Shown: positions 10,451-21,524, numbered from the stretch's first letter. The stretch: DNA of 64,000 nucleotides from an uncultured virus (IMG/VR IMGVR_UViG_3300032227_002278) (IMGVR_UViG_3300032227_002278), one strand, 5' to 3'. Notes: a model not told the origin generated them from the letters alone. Numbers and translations: made by a program.

Positions 10451-11614
10451 TCAACTATCCACATGATCATCCCATACTATTTTTCTGTCAGATAAAAATG
10501 TATCAACAATTTTCCTATTATAAACTCTTATTTTTTTTATTTGATAAGAAGAATCTACCATTTGGTATATTTCTAATGTTGAAAGTTTGGTTTTTTCTTG
10601 CATGGCTTCTAAATGTACATTAACAACACTGTACATGTCTGTGAAAAAAAACTTTAATAATTTTCTTTCATTCTTTTCTATAAAAGTTAATTTTTTTTGT
10701 TTTATGCAATCTTCCTGAATTTTTGAAGGTGCAGATAAAATATGGTTCACGGATTCTTCGATTTCAAAAGCAAGACTCATATATCCAGCACTATGCAATA
10801 AACTATCAATCAAAGCATAACAAAGATGCTCTTCAACAAGATCGTTTGCCCCAAGTTTTCTTTTATAGAAATTCAACTTCTCTTTTTTTGCCAAAGAATC
10901 AATTAAACCTGATGTCTCAATATCAAATTTTTCTTCCAAATCAATAACAGAAAAAAAATTTAAAATTCCAACAAATTCATTTTTATTAACAATATTAGGA
11001 ATATATTTTGAAATTAATTTAATATATTCTAATTCCAATTCATCATTTTCATCCAAATCAATATCATATTCTTCAGAATACAACTCATGTCTTTTTGTTT
11101 TCAGTTTGCTATTTTCATCTGAAATAGAAGATAATTTATCTATTTCATTTTCAATTAATTCATATTTAAGTTCTTTCCAAAAATCTTCCCAACCTTTTGA
11201 ATTCCATTCATAATCCAAGGCTGAAGCAATATTATAAAGCGAAACAAAGAAGTCTGCCACAGCCTCAATGTATATTTTGTTTTGATCCAATTCTTCTTGT
11301 TTTATTTCTTTACGATGAATATTTTTAATGGTCAAAGCAATATCATCATTTTCGTCTGGAGAAGAAATGAAAAATGCATGAATTGGACAAACGCTATGTA
11401 TAATTTTATCCCATTGAAATTCATCAAGAGTGAGCCATGCCCATTTTAAGAATGAAAAATAAAGATCAACATAGTTCTTAGGACTAGAATAAGGTTTTAC
11501 ATCATATACATAATCATTTTTAACTTTTGCACGAAATACCTTAAACTTTTCAAAAGTCGATACTTCTGCCAGAATCTCGTTCAAAAATTGTGATTTCACG
11601 TTTCGTCTTTCCAA
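10451..11614 (-). CDS. Hypothetical protein (start uncertain)
   Basis: 387-aa ORF. Confidence 0.65.
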   Translation of the reverse strand: MERRNVKSQFLNEILAEVSTFEKFKVFRAKVKNDYVYDVKPYSSPKNYVDLYFSFLKWAWLTLDEFQWDKIIHSVCPIHAFFISSPDENDDIALTIKNIHRKEIKQEELDQNKIYIEAVADFFVSLYNIASALDYEWNSKGWEDFWKELKYELIENEIDKLSSISDENSKLKTKRHELYSEEYDIDLDENDELELEYIKLISKYIPNIVNKNEFVGILNFFSVIDLEEKFDIETSGLIDSLAKKEKLNFYKRKLGANDLVEEHLCYALIDSLLHSAGYMSLAFEIEESVNHILSAPSKIQEDCIKQKKLTFIEKNERKLLKFFFTDMYSVVNVHLEAMQEKTKLSTLEIYQMVDSSYQIKKIRVYNRKIVDTFLSDRKIVWDDHVDS

Positions 11615-11783
11615 TTTGCCAATAAGTGTCTATGAAATAGTGATTCCAACACCTAGTGGCTTGAGAATGATCAGACCAGCAAGAGGAGGCATTTTCAAAG
11701 CCCGTCCCCCAGATGCCAAGCTTCCAAAACAATATTCTATTATAGTCTTTAAATCTGAACATGGATTCCGTTCCATTAAATTT

Positions 11784-11990
11784 TTAGCCTTCAATGACTA
11801 TTTTATAACCAGATTTTTTTAAAGTTTTTAGAACTTTTTCAGGCTCTCCAGCAGCTAATAATTGCCTGCCATACTTGTCTTCATATTTTATTTTATAAAT
11901 ATCAGATTTTGGTAGCTTTATAGGCAAGCTTTGATCTTTTAAATCAAAGCCAGAATCCGATGATAATAAACTCGTTTCATAAATGTTCAT
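11784..11990 (-). CDS. Hypothetical protein
   Basis: AGGAG RBS. Confidence 0.6.
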   Translation of the reverse strand: MNIYETSLLSSDSGFDLKDQSLPIKLPKSDIYKIKYEDKYGRQLLAAGEPEKVLKTLKKSGYKIVIEG

Positions 11991-12024
11991 AATGTTCTCC
12001 TAAACACAATATAATCAGAACGAC

Positions 12025-13149
12025 TTAAGGTTTCAAGATTATTTTGACTCCGCCTACACACATTTGATTTAATAAAATAAAAAATTCTTCTGCCTTCTTT
12101 CTGGTGCTTTTTATATCCAAACAACCATGATTCTCTTTTAACAGAATTTTCAATGTCTTTATCATTGACTGAATTTGATGAATAAGTTTATCGCTAAACT
12201 TTTTTGGATTGCTTTTTATTATTAATGATAAAATTTCATTTTTAAAATCATGTTCTTCCCATAAAGAAACATCTCCTTCTGTAAGATTATGAATAGATTG
12301 AGAAAATCTTTTGTATCCTTTTTTAATCATGCAAGATATAACATCTTTGTTGTTGTGTTCAAAAGCATTGTGAAATAATTTATCCACATTATTCGTAATT
12401 ATTAATTCGTAATTTTTGTAAATAAAATCACATAACAAATCCATGTTTTTATTAAATGTTTCAAATATAGAAACATCACACAAAATGGTATGGTCTTGCA
12501 TACAGAAGTTTAAAACAGTCTTTAATTGATCTATATTAATTTGATTTGGCTTATTTGTCATTTCAAAATGCTCTTTGTATTGTTTAAATTTTGAAAAAAC
12601 AATCCACCTTAAAACTTGAGTTTTATATAAGCCATTCTTGTTTTCAAAATCTATAGCATCTCTAATAATGGATAAAAATCTTTCAAATGAAAAAATGTCT
12701 GGATGTATTTCCTGTAATCCAGTATAAAAGTATTCACTATTATCGGCAAACTTTTTTGGCAGATTATTGTATATTAAAGCAATAATAGGAGGCATTATTT
12801 TATTAATTGTAAACGCATCACCTTCTTCTAAGCAGCTAAACTTTGCAATGCTATATATTTCTTCTTCATCCATATCATTATACCTATTAATTTTGTTTGT
12901 AAAATCATAGTTTTCTTCTAAAATATTTAATATTCTTTTGCGATCTTTCTTGGAAATAACTTCGTATTCCCAATCAAATGCCATAATTTTTAAAGCTTCG
13001 TAATAATTGTTATTTTCAATAAAATTACTAAAACTGTTTATTAAATCTTTCTTGGTTGATTTAGAACTTTTAAGAATAGATCTGAAATTCAAATTCACGA
13101 CTAATCTCCGTAAAAGTACATGGAAAAAATTTATACATTCCAACCTCAA
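12025..13149 (-). CDS. Hypothetical alpha-helical protein
   Basis: 374-aa ORF. Confidence 0.65.
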   Translation of the reverse strand: MRLECINFFHVLLRRLVVNLNFRSILKSSKSTKKDLINSFSNFIENNNYYEALKIMAFDWEYEVISKKDRKRILNILEENYDFTNKINRYNDMDEEEIYSIAKFSCLEEGDAFTINKIMPPIIALIYNNLPKKFADNSEYFYTGLQEIHPDIFSFERFLSIIRDAIDFENKNGLYKTQVLRWIVFSKFKQYKEHFEMTNKPNQINIDQLKTVLNFCMQDHTILCDVSIFETFNKNMDLLCDFIYKNYELIITNNVDKLFHNAFEHNNKDVISCMIKKGYKRFSQSIHNLTEGDVSLWEEHDFKNEILSLIIKSNPKKFSDKLIHQIQSMIKTLKILLKENHGCLDIKSTRKKAEEFFILLNQMCVGGVKIILKP

Positions 13150-13208
13150 AAGGCTTTGGAATATCAGCTTTTTGTTTATCTTTTTGAGGCTTAATGGTTA
13201 TTGTTTTT

Positions 13209-13811
13209 TTAGACATTATCAACCTCTGTGGAAATCATTTCCCGCATTTTCTTCCAAAGTTCAAAAGTAAGTTTTACATCTACATGAGAGGTGTGAATGC
13301 CAGTATCGGGAATATTAAATTTTTCATATAAATTCTTAGAATTTACATATTTAATATCCTTCAATACGCCTGCATCAATAAGACAATGTGCCATAATCAT
13401 TGGATCTATAGTTTGATAAGGCAAGGCTTTGCCAAAATTAATTTTGGCATTTTTTGCTGCGTGTTTAATAAAATCCAAATCAAATTTTACATTCATGCCC
13501 ATAATGTAATTTGGTTGACTCGCAGATAACAAATAATTTGAAAAACCTTGGAGCAAATAATTTGTTGATTCAAAATACTGAATGTTAGGATTGTTGAGCG
13601 CTTTATATGATGGTTTAAAACCAAATTTAAAACCATTCACATTCAAAGCTTGTAGGTCACATTCAAAATTTTCCCAGTCTCTATTGTATCCGTCAAAAGT
13701 AGATACAACTTTGTCTTTATCATTAATAATCGCAGCACTCAATGTTATGATGCCGTTCTTTTCTGGATCAAGACCAGTAGTTTCAGTATCAATTACCAAA
13801 TACCTATTCAC
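13209..13811 (-). CDS. DEDDh 3'-5' exonuclease (DnaQ-like)
   Basis: IDTETTGLD, NVKFDLDF, HTSHVD. Confidence 0.9.
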   Translation of the reverse strand: MNRYLVIDTETTGLDPEKNGIITLSAAIINDKDKVVSTFDGYNRDWENFECDLQALNVNGFKFGFKPSYKALNNPNIQYFESTNYLLQGFSNYLLSASQPNYIMGMNVKFDLDFIKHAAKNAKINFGKALPYQTIDPMIMAHCLIDAGVLKDIKYVNSKNLYEKFNIPDTGIHTSHVDVKLTFELWKKMREMISTEVDNV

Positions 13812-13855
13812 ACTAACTCCTTTTTTAAAATTGAAAAAATCTTGATTGCCGTTAA

Positions 13856-14647
13856 TTATTCCTTAATGGAATCAATAGGCAGACGAATATTTTCCATTCT
13901 TGGAAGATTTTCCAAGTTGTCTAAAACATACTTCTTTAGCTTCTTTCTGGTAACAAAGAAAGTATATTTACTGGCAATTCCATCTTTATAAAAATTGTGA
14001 ATATGCTCTTTTTGAATAGGTGTAAGCTTTGCTTCTTCGCAAACCCTTTCAATGAATTCAGCAAATGTTGTTTCATAATCAATTGGCTTTGCCTTATCAA
14101 CAGCCAATTCTTCAAATGGACTTTCAACATCGTTGCCTTTGAAATCATCATAAAGAATATAATTTTTTCTTACCATATCCTCTGCTGCATTGATCTTCAA
14201 ATAAATTATATTCTTTTTAATGCCATTGATAGCATAGGTTGCAAACTTAATTTCTGGACGAGTATACATCCAGACACTATCTCTCAAGGAAATCATTAGC
14301 TCCGAAAAGAAATCATCATGGTAATCTTTACGGACTCCATGAGCAGTAATAACCTTGTAAATAGCTGGAATAAATTGTTTAATCAAATCGTTTTCCACAC
14401 TAAAAGCATAGAATAAAGATTTATATTCTCTTTCAAATTTTTTGCCAAGCAAAGCAACAGCTTCTTTTTTGTGCTTTTTGAAAAAACGCACAACTTTTTG
14501 AATGTTGCTTTTTGCATTCATATTGTGTGCAATTCTGAAATCTTTATTTGACTTAGCGTGTTCTCTGACTTTGTCACGCCAAAAAAGCAATTTAAGATTG
14601 GCTTTGGCTAATTTTTTATAATCGACATCAGCTACTTGAATATTCAC
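13856..14647 (-). CDS. Sigma70-family-like protein (region 2)
   Basis: DDFFSELMISLRDSVWMY...KFATYAINGIK resembles sigma region 2 (DLxQEGxIGLxxAVxxF...KFSTYA); GTG start after GGGAG. Confidence 0.6.
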   Translation of the reverse strand: MNIQVADVDYKKLAKANLKLLFWRDKVREHAKSNKDFRIAHNMNAKSNIQKVVRFFKKHKKEAVALLGKKFEREYKSLFYAFSVENDLIKQFIPAIYKVITAHGVRKDYHDDFFSELMISLRDSVWMYTRPEIKFATYAINGIKKNIIYLKINAAEDMVRKNYILYDDFKGNDVESPFEELAVDKAKPIDYETTFAEFIERVCEEAKLTPIQKEHIHNFYKDGIASKYTFFVTRKKLKKYVLDNLENLPRMENIRLPIDSIKE

Positions 14648-14648
14648 T

Positions 14649-14888
14649 TTAAATACTCCCTTCAAAACTATCGGAAAAACAACTACGACTAGTATTGTCA
14701 CATTCAAAAGACCACATCGAAGATGCATCCAGCTTTTTCCATTCGGAAAAAAGCTTTGGTGCTCTAAATGAAAAAGATTGCACTATAGTATGGTCGGAAT
14801 TCCTTAGAAGTCCTCCAAAGAAATCTTCATAAGTCTTGTCTCGAAAGTGCCAAGAACTAACGCCAGTAGAACGAATAAATCTCAACAT
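14649..14888 (-). CDS. Hypothetical protein
   Basis: AGGAGG RBS. Confidence 0.5.
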   Translation of the reverse strand: MLRFIRSTGVSSWHFRDKTYEDFFGGLLRNSDHTIVQSFSFRAPKLFSEWKKLDASSMWSFECDNTSRSCFSDSFEGSI

Positions 14889-14927
14889 GTTGTGCCCTCC
14901 TGATTACTTTATAGGATAAAGAAATTT

Positions 14928-16997
14928 TTATACACCAAAAATATTCTTCATCTGCCTTGGATATCTTGACAACATATAATAAGCAGTTAACAAAACTTCT
15001 TTGTTATCAAGACCTGCATCACAAAGATGTCTGCTTAAGTAAGCATCTGGTTTATTAAACCCTTGATTGTCTTCGTCAATTGCGCCATCACACACTTCTA
15101 ACATTTTTTTCAATCCCTGCCGAATTTGATACTCTAACTTTGTATCAATTTCTTTTGGTTCAACAAATCTACCTTTTGATTTTTCTCTTTCGTTTTCAAG
15201 AATTTTATTAACACGATTCATGGCATTTTTTTGCTTGTCCAAAGGCGACAAAGGCATTTTTGATGTTACAGCCTTGTTGTTTGCTGCCTCTTGCATTCTG
15301 GAAAGATATGCCTCTTCATTTTCTCCTTGTTCAAAATTAATAGGACTAATAGTCATACACTCATCAATTGCTTTGCTATGCAATTCAATCTTCTTGGATA
15401 ACAACTTTGATACATGCTGGTCTAGAGGATGATTACTGCTAAGCCTAATAATCTCACAAGGTCTAGTTTGACCCAAGCGACAAATTCTATCTTCCGCCTG
15501 AATGTTACTACCCGGAGTCCAATCAAGATCAAGGAAGATAGCTTTCCATGCCCTTGTCAAAGTCAATCCAGTTCCACCGGCTCCAATAGTTGCAGCTAAA
15601 CCCTTCAAATGCCCATTTTGAAAGTCTTGTACTGCTTTATCCTTTTGGATGTTACTAATATTGCCAATAATCTTGCCCCAACCTTCTCTCTTGGCTAAGA
15701 ATTCAATTGGCTCCCTGTGTACTGAAAATACAACCAAAGGAATGCCTTCTTCTTCATGAGATTCAATCATCTCAACAAGTGCAGGAACCCTGCTCAAAGC
15801 AAGCTTTCTACGAATTTCAGAGAACTCTTCAAAGTCTGGAATCTCTTCATCATCCATGAATGAAGACCAGTTTGGATAAAAAGCATTCATTTGTTTCAAC
15901 AAATCTTCTGGAATCCCATTAACAACAATATCTGTAATCGTTTTCTTGGGCAAATCAGGAAGAACCTCATCTCTTTTCCTACGCAACATTACCCTTTTTA
16001 ACATTTCTGGAACTAAATTGCTTGGAGTTCCAAATTCAAAACCACCCCAGCGATTTTTAAAAGCCCCAAACAACTTCAAGAAATTTTGCCAAGAACCAAA
16101 GACTTCCTTTTCCATATGCAAAGCAGAAAGAACACCAAACAAATCAAAAGGTTTGTTGAGCATAGGAGTACCACTCATGCCAATAATCTTGCTGGCATTA
16201 TTTGCTAAAGCTTTAACAGCTTTATGACGAAGAGTTTTATAATTCTTGGTTAGATGAACCTCATCGCAAACCAAAATATACTTTTCACCACCTACGCCAT
16301 CTTCGGGCAAAATATCATAATTAACAATAATAACTTCGCCAGCATTAGGATTGCGAAATTCATCTCTCTTAGAAACAATAATCGGCTTTAAATCATTACG
16401 CCACTTAACACACTCCCTTTGCCAGTTATACTTAAGACTTGCAGGACACACAATAATTGTGCCAGTATTGGCTGGAAGAGAACAAAGAGCCTGAACTGTC
16501 TTGCCAAGACCCATTTCATCTGCAAGAAAACACTTGTCCTTATGAGTTAAAAACGCAACACCATCAACTTGGTATGGAAACAAATCCTTTCCAAAAAGAA
16601 TAGTCTCTACCTTTTGCATGGTTTTGTTTTTAGTGGCTTCAAACAAATCAATTATAGCAGGAGCTATATTCATATTTAGCTTGCTACAAATTTCTACCAC
16701 TCTTACAATGCTGTTCTCATCTACATTTACTTTCCAGCAATTTTCTTCCTTTTGCCATTTGGCTCCAGGCATCGTTTTGACTACGGCAACAGTATTTGGG
16801 TCATATGGAAAATAAACTTTGCCTTCACCAGTAATTTCACATTTGACAGACTTTTGCTGAATAGGCACACACTTCTTGCAGTAGGTAGACCACATGCTTT
16901 CATCACAGCAAGCAAAACCTTCCCCAGCTAAAACCTTTAAGGCACAATTAGCACACTTTTTATCAAAACGATTAACAATAGTTTTCGTAATAGCCAT
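14928..16997 (-). CDS. SNF2-family helicase (HARP/SMARCAL1-like) with N-terminal Zn ribbon
   Basis: DEMGLGKT, DEVH, SGTP, QAEDRICRLGQ. Confidence 0.92.
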   Translation of the reverse strand: MAITKTIVNRFDKKCANCALKVLAGEGFACCDESMWSTYCKKCVPIQQKSVKCEITGEGKVYFPYDPNTVAVVKTMPGAKWQKEENCWKVNVDENSIVRVVEICSKLNMNIAPAIIDLFEATKNKTMQKVETILFGKDLFPYQVDGVAFLTHKDKCFLADEMGLGKTVQALCSLPANTGTIIVCPASLKYNWQRECVKWRNDLKPIIVSKRDEFRNPNAGEVIIVNYDILPEDGVGGEKYILVCDEVHLTKNYKTLRHKAVKALANNASKIIGMSGTPMLNKPFDLFGVLSALHMEKEVFGSWQNFLKLFGAFKNRWGGFEFGTPSNLVPEMLKRVMLRRKRDEVLPDLPKKTITDIVVNGIPEDLLKQMNAFYPNWSSFMDDEEIPDFEEFSEIRRKLALSRVPALVEMIESHEEEGIPLVVFSVHREPIEFLAKREGWGKIIGNISNIQKDKAVQDFQNGHLKGLAATIGAGGTGLTLTRAWKAIFLDLDWTPGSNIQAEDRICRLGQTRPCEIIRLSSNHPLDQHVSKLLSKKIELHSKAIDECMTISPINFEQGENEEAYLSRMQEAANNKAVTSKMPLSPLDKQKNAMNRVNKILENEREKSKGRFVEPKEIDTKLEYQIRQGLKKMLEVCDGAIDEDNQGFNKPDAYLSRHLCDAGLDNKEVLLTAYYMLSRYPRQMKNIFGV

Positions 16998-17016
16998 CTT
17001 TCGGTCCTCCTTGGTT

Positions 17017-17052
17017 ACACCTGAAAGCTTAGGGCTCAGAATTATCGTAATT
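17017..17052 (-). promoter_or_regulatory. Minus-strand copy of the AATTACGATAATT-N12-TTTxAGGTGT motif
   Basis: Reverse complement reads AATTACGATAATTCTGAGCCCTAAGCTTTCAGGTGT, then the RBS of the SNF2 gene. Confidence 0.75.
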
Positions 17053-17173
17053 CCCGCCTACTCATTTTAGGCGAATTTTTTAAAAATTTGTTCTCAAAAT
17101 TTTCAAAAACTATTGTAATTGGCTTGGGCAAATCGTATACTGAATACAATCATTGTTTTCCAGAGGTACAAAC

Positions 17174-18106
17174 ATGTTTGTATATCTTGCAAAATATTTT
17201 GCTATTAAAAAAACCGATGATGTTCTTTATTATAAAATAGGAAGAACAGATGATTTGTATGATAGAAATAAATCTTTAAATCCTTTGTTAGAGCCACACA
17301 GGACACAAATTATTCAAGCATGGAAAATTGGAGAAGATTCTCCTAAAGTTGAACACAACGCTAAAATACATTTTATAAATCATAGATTAAATGGAACAGA
17401 AGAATATTTTAATTTGCCTATTATATCAGAAATATATAATTATATGTCTGAATACGATGTAGTAGAAGATCTAGATGTTATTCTTAATACTGACACAAAC
17501 AATGATCTGGAATTAATTAAACTATATAATTCAATTGATGATTTTGATTCATTTATAAAATATTTAGAAAAAAAATATAACAAAGATTTGCCGTTAAAAG
17601 AAGAATCTAAAAATGTGTATTATTTGTTTTCTGGTAATAAAATTATAATAAAAAAACTTGCTGTTTTTTTTGACCCCAAATCTGGGAAATCGCCTAACAA
17701 TCAAACTCAAATAACTGATAGCAACTTACTTGGAGACATTGAGCAAATTAAAAAATATAGAAATACGGGCGATGATTCTGCAAGGATTAAAGCTATTGAA
17801 GAATTGCCAGAAGCTCTTGTCTTTGTATATAACTGTGTTGATAATAGATGGGTTGCGTTTACATCTAAAGAGCTTTTGAATCTTGTTCCATATTCTAAAT
17901 GGGACGATGAGATGTCTGGCAAAAAGAATTGTCTTAAATATACACACAAATGTCAAATAGCTATGCATCAAGACTGCATTCAACTAGGACCGATTTCTAA
18001 AATAAACAATTCTTTTAATTATAAGATTTCTTTTCCGCCTATTTTAAAAAGAGAATTTAATTTTTTAAATGAAAAAAGAATAGACTTGTCAGAACATATT
18101 ATTTAG
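17174..18106 (+). CDS. T5orf172/GIY-YIG-like domain protein
   Basis: FVYLA...YYKIGRTDDLYDR...E...H...EYF. Confidence 0.65.
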   Translation: MFVYLAKYFAIKKTDDVLYYKIGRTDDLYDRNKSLNPLLEPHRTQIIQAWKIGEDSPKVEHNAKIHFINHRLNGTEEYFNLPIISEIYNYMSEYDVVEDLDVILNTDTNNDLELIKLYNSIDDFDSFIKYLEKKYNKDLPLKEESKNVYYLFSGNKIIIKKLAVFFDPKSGKSPNNQTQITDSNLLGDIEQIKKYRNTGDDSARIKAIEELPEALVFVYNCVDNRWVAFTSKELLNLVPYSKWDDEMSGKKNCLKYTHKCQIAMHQDCIQLGPISKINNSFNYKISFPPILKREFNFLNEKRIDLSEHII

Positions 18107-18947
18107 AAAATACAGCCAGAAGCTCTTTTACCTTTTGCCTATTGCTGCCACTAGCAGCAACATACCTTCTGGCTTGTATAGAATGTATTATAGCACCTTC
18201 ATTTTTATACAAATTATCAATATATTCATTTGAATGATTGCTAATAAGAACAACAGCGCCATTTTGAACAGCTGTTTTTGCTGCTTCTATTAATCTAATA
18301 TGATCCTTTAAATCAAATTTATTAGTAGCATATTGAGTAAAGTTAGACCTTGTCTCATCAATATGATAAGGTAAATATGGAGGATCACAATAAAAGCAGT
18401 CGTTGCTTTTTGCTAGTTTTAAAATAGATTCAAAATCAGAATCATAAAATTTAAAGTTTTTAGATAGTTCCCCTACAGATTTCATTGTTTCAATCGGAGG
18501 ATTTATATTTTTATATTTACCAAATGGTACATTGAATTCTCCTTTTGAATTATACCTGCATAATCCATTGAAACAATGTCTGTTTAAATAAACAAACAAT
18601 GCACTTTTTCTCAATATATCTTGTGTTGTGTTAAACTCTTGTTTTAGTAAATTGAAAGCTGTTAAATTATTATTCGATGCTACGAAAATTTCATTAATAA
18701 TTTTTATCAAATCGGCATGTACAGTTGCATTTGACTTATATAAATTAATAAGATCTTGATTTGTGTCGTTTATAATTATTTCATCACAATTAACGTTTAA
18801 AGAAACAACCATGCTGCCAGCAAACGGTTCTATAAATCGTTTGGTGTTTTCGGGTATTTTATCAATTATAAAATCTAATAAAGAGGATTTTCCACCAGCC
18901 CATTTTAAAAAAGATTTAAATTTACATTTTTTTTGTAAGAAAGACAT
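18099..18947 (-). CDS. dam: Dam-family DNA adenine methyltransferase
   Basis: KWAGGK, EPFAGS, FNGLCRYN, DPPY. Confidence 0.92.
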   Translation of the reverse strand: MSFLQKKCKFKSFLKWAGGKSSLLDFIIDKIPENTKRFIEPFAGSMVVSLNVNCDEIIINDTNQDLINLYKSNATVHADLIKIINEIFVASNNNLTAFNLLKQEFNTTQDILRKSALFVYLNRHCFNGLCRYNSKGEFNVPFGKYKNINPPIETMKSVGELSKNFKFYDSDFESILKLAKSNDCFYCDPPYLPYHIDETRSNFTQYATNKFDLKDHIRLIEAAKTAVQNGAVVLISNHSNEYIDNLYKNEGAIIHSIQARRYVAASGSNRQKVKELLAVFSK

Positions 18948-19012
18948 TTGACACCAATGTTAGGATATTCTGTTGTATTTACAGAATATCCTAACATTTT
19001 AGTCTTTATCAA

Positions 19013-20572
19013 TCAAGCGGAATTAAATTTATTGTACATAGATTTTTTAGCAGCGAAACCCGAAGATATATCTTCCATTGCGCCAGAATGCAAAATAGCC
19101 CAAAAATGAGGCACATCATTCTCATCATAATAAACAAATTTTCTAAAATTATTTTTTTCATTCAAACCTGAAAATTGTTCCGTTTCAACTTTGGTTTTAT
19201 CCCATTTTTCAAAAGAACCTCTCCATCTATTTTTATAAACTCCATTTTCTGTTTCAAATTGTTTAGTTTTTATACCCCATTTTTTAGATACAGATAACAT
19301 AAAATGATTTTCATCTGTAAAATCAATAGCTTCATAATGAGCAGGATCTCTACTCAATACTTTATTCTTATTTTCAATACGCATAGAAAGGTTTCTTCCG
19401 CAACTGTCTTTGTACTCTTCTGAATTTATGATCTTTGCTGCAAATCTAAAAGTGTCAACACATCCATAGATTTTAATTTTGACTTCAGGATTGTTCCAAT
19501 AGCCGGGATTTGGGTCGTAATCGTAATGATTAACACGAAACATGGCTTGAGCACAAGTTGAATAAGGTGTTTGCTGACTCCTGAAATCATGCCAAAAAGA
19601 AATTAATGGATGGAACCCAACTTCTGTTGAGCGTATACATGTTTGATTGACAACAAGCAAATATCTTTTATCTCGTCTATAATGTGACCATCCTTTTGCA
19701 TTTCCTGTGTCTTTGCCCCAATAAAATTGATTGTTGCCATCAATAAAAATAGGAGTAATATCCATATTTTTAAGTTTGTCAGCAAACTCTTTGTTGTTTT
19801 TAATATATTTGTACGTAGTTCTTTTTTCGCCTTTGGAAGCAGCGAATCTAACTACTGCAAACCTTCTTTTTATAAAATGCTCAGAATCTTCATCTGATTT
19901 ATCTGCAAGCCAATAATCTAATGCTTCTTTTCCTTGAGTTGTAAAATCTTTATTGGTTTTAGACCAAAATTCATTTGCTTCTTCAACCATATTTTGAGCT
20001 AAAAACCACGGAGCATGTCTAAATCCTGTTGGCAAGTTAATTTCTAATTTCGCACATAAATCTGAAAATTCGCTGTATATAGCTTCTTCATTCGTTGCAG
20101 AATATGCCCTAATGCCTAATTTTTCCCAACCATTGTTTTCTAAATTCAACAAACCATTGAAAACCTTTGAAGCTATTTGAATATCTCCTGTTCCAAAATC
20201 ACTTTCGTCAAAATGAATAACCGGAATTTCGTTATTTACCAAAAGTTTTGCAACATGACTTGGCAAATCATATAAATCTTTTCCACAGAAAACTTTGATT
20301 CCATACTTTGCCATTTCTTCCATTTGCTCAATACAGTCTTTTCTATTAAAAGAAGTTGCAAATATATGTTGCACATTTGGACTTGCATTTCCTTTGTCAA
20401 TTGCAGCTTCACATTCGACAACAATTCTCTTGCCAGATTTAACTGGCATACTTATAATTGCTTTTTTGCAAACACTCAATTGTCCCATAACAAAATCATA
20501 TTGCTCTTTGTATTTTTTAATAAAATTGCCAACGCTATAAGGATGCTCCAAAATCAACATAAAAACCTCCAA
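19013..20572 (-). CDS. Divergent SF2 helicase/ATPase-like protein
   Basis: MPVKSGK (Walker A-like), HFDESD (motif II), YSAT (motif III). Confidence 0.55.
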   Translation of the reverse strand: MEVFMLILEHPYSVGNFIKKYKEQYDFVMGQLSVCKKAIISMPVKSGKRIVVECEAAIDKGNASPNVQHIFATSFNRKDCIEQMEEMAKYGIKVFCGKDLYDLPSHVAKLLVNNEIPVIHFDESDFGTGDIQIASKVFNGLLNLENNGWEKLGIRAYSATNEEAIYSEFSDLCAKLEINLPTGFRHAPWFLAQNMVEEANEFWSKTNKDFTTQGKEALDYWLADKSDEDSEHFIKRRFAVVRFAASKGEKRTTYKYIKNNKEFADKLKNMDITPIFIDGNNQFYWGKDTGNAKGWSHYRRDKRYLLVVNQTCIRSTEVGFHPLISFWHDFRSQQTPYSTCAQAMFRVNHYDYDPNPGYWNNPEVKIKIYGCVDTFRFAAKIINSEEYKDSCGRNLSMRIENKNKVLSRDPAHYEAIDFTDENHFMLSVSKKWGIKTKQFETENGVYKNRWRGSFEKWDKTKVETEQFSGLNEKNNFRKFVYYDENDVPHFWAILHSGAMEDISSGFAAKKSMYNKFNSA

Positions 20573-20583
20573 GTTAAAAAGGG

Positions 20584-21423
20584 TTACCTAGAAAAAACAG
20601 CCAAAACTTCCGAAACTTTCTTCCTTGTGGAAGACTTACAAGAGACATTCCTCTTGACTTCTAATAACTTTATATTAGCTCCATAAGATCTATAGAGTCT
20701 ATTAATAAAGAATGTATTGTGGTTGCTAATAACAACAACAGCTCCTTTTTGAGCGGCAAAATATGCAAGCTCTGCTAATTTTATTTGTTCTTTTATATCA
20801 AAACCTTTTGGAATATAATTTGAGAAATTTTTATTGCCATTAAGATTTTGAAAAGTATCATAAGGAGGGTCACAATAAATAAGATCCCCCTCTCTTGCCG
20901 TAGACATTATTTTTTCAAAAGTTTTATTACATATTTGAAAATTCTTTGATTTCATAATATAACTAGCATGTAATATCGTGTCTATCGGAGGATTTACAGT
21001 TTTGCTTCCACCAAAAGAAACATTGAATTCGCCTTTTGTGTTATAACGACAAAGACCATTGAATCCATGCCTGTTTAAATAAATAAACAAAGCAGCCTTG
21101 CGTATATTTTGTTCTTTAATATTATTAAATTCAATTCTAAAATCTCTATAAGATTCTATATTGTTGGTTTCTTTTTTAAATAGTGTGTTTACTTCTTTGA
21201 TCAATTTAACATGACTGTTTTTAACACATTTATAGAGATTGACTAAGTCTTTGTTCAAATCATTTACTACAACATTATCCATTTCACAGTTAAGTGAAAT
21301 AACCATGCTGCCAGCAAATGGTTCTAAAAACCTTTTATAATTTGCTTTTGGGCAAACTGAAAAAATATTATGGGCAAGCTCGGATTTGCCTCCTAACCAT
21401 TTTATAAAACTTTTTGTAATCAT
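20584..21423 (-). CDS. dam: Dam-family DNA adenine methyltransferase (paralog)
   Basis: KWLGGK, EPFAGS, FNGLCRYN, DPPY. Confidence 0.92.
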   Translation of the reverse strand: MITKSFIKWLGGKSELAHNIFSVCPKANYKRFLEPFAGSMVISLNCEMDNVVVNDLNKDLVNLYKCVKNSHVKLIKEVNTLFKKETNNIESYRDFRIEFNNIKEQNIRKAALFIYLNRHGFNGLCRYNTKGEFNVSFGGSKTVNPPIDTILHASYIMKSKNFQICNKTFEKIMSTAREGDLIYCDPPYDTFQNLNGNKNFSNYIPKGFDIKEQIKLAELAYFAAQKGAVVVISNHNTFFINRLYRSYGANIKLLEVKRNVSCKSSTRKKVSEVLAVFSR

Positions 21424-21524
21424 TTCTAGCTCCTTCTACTTTTCTTTATAGGACAGCATTTAAAAAAACAACAACGCTTAAAAGAAAAATCATCAGAATT
21501 ATCGTAATTCCCGCCGAACCAAAA

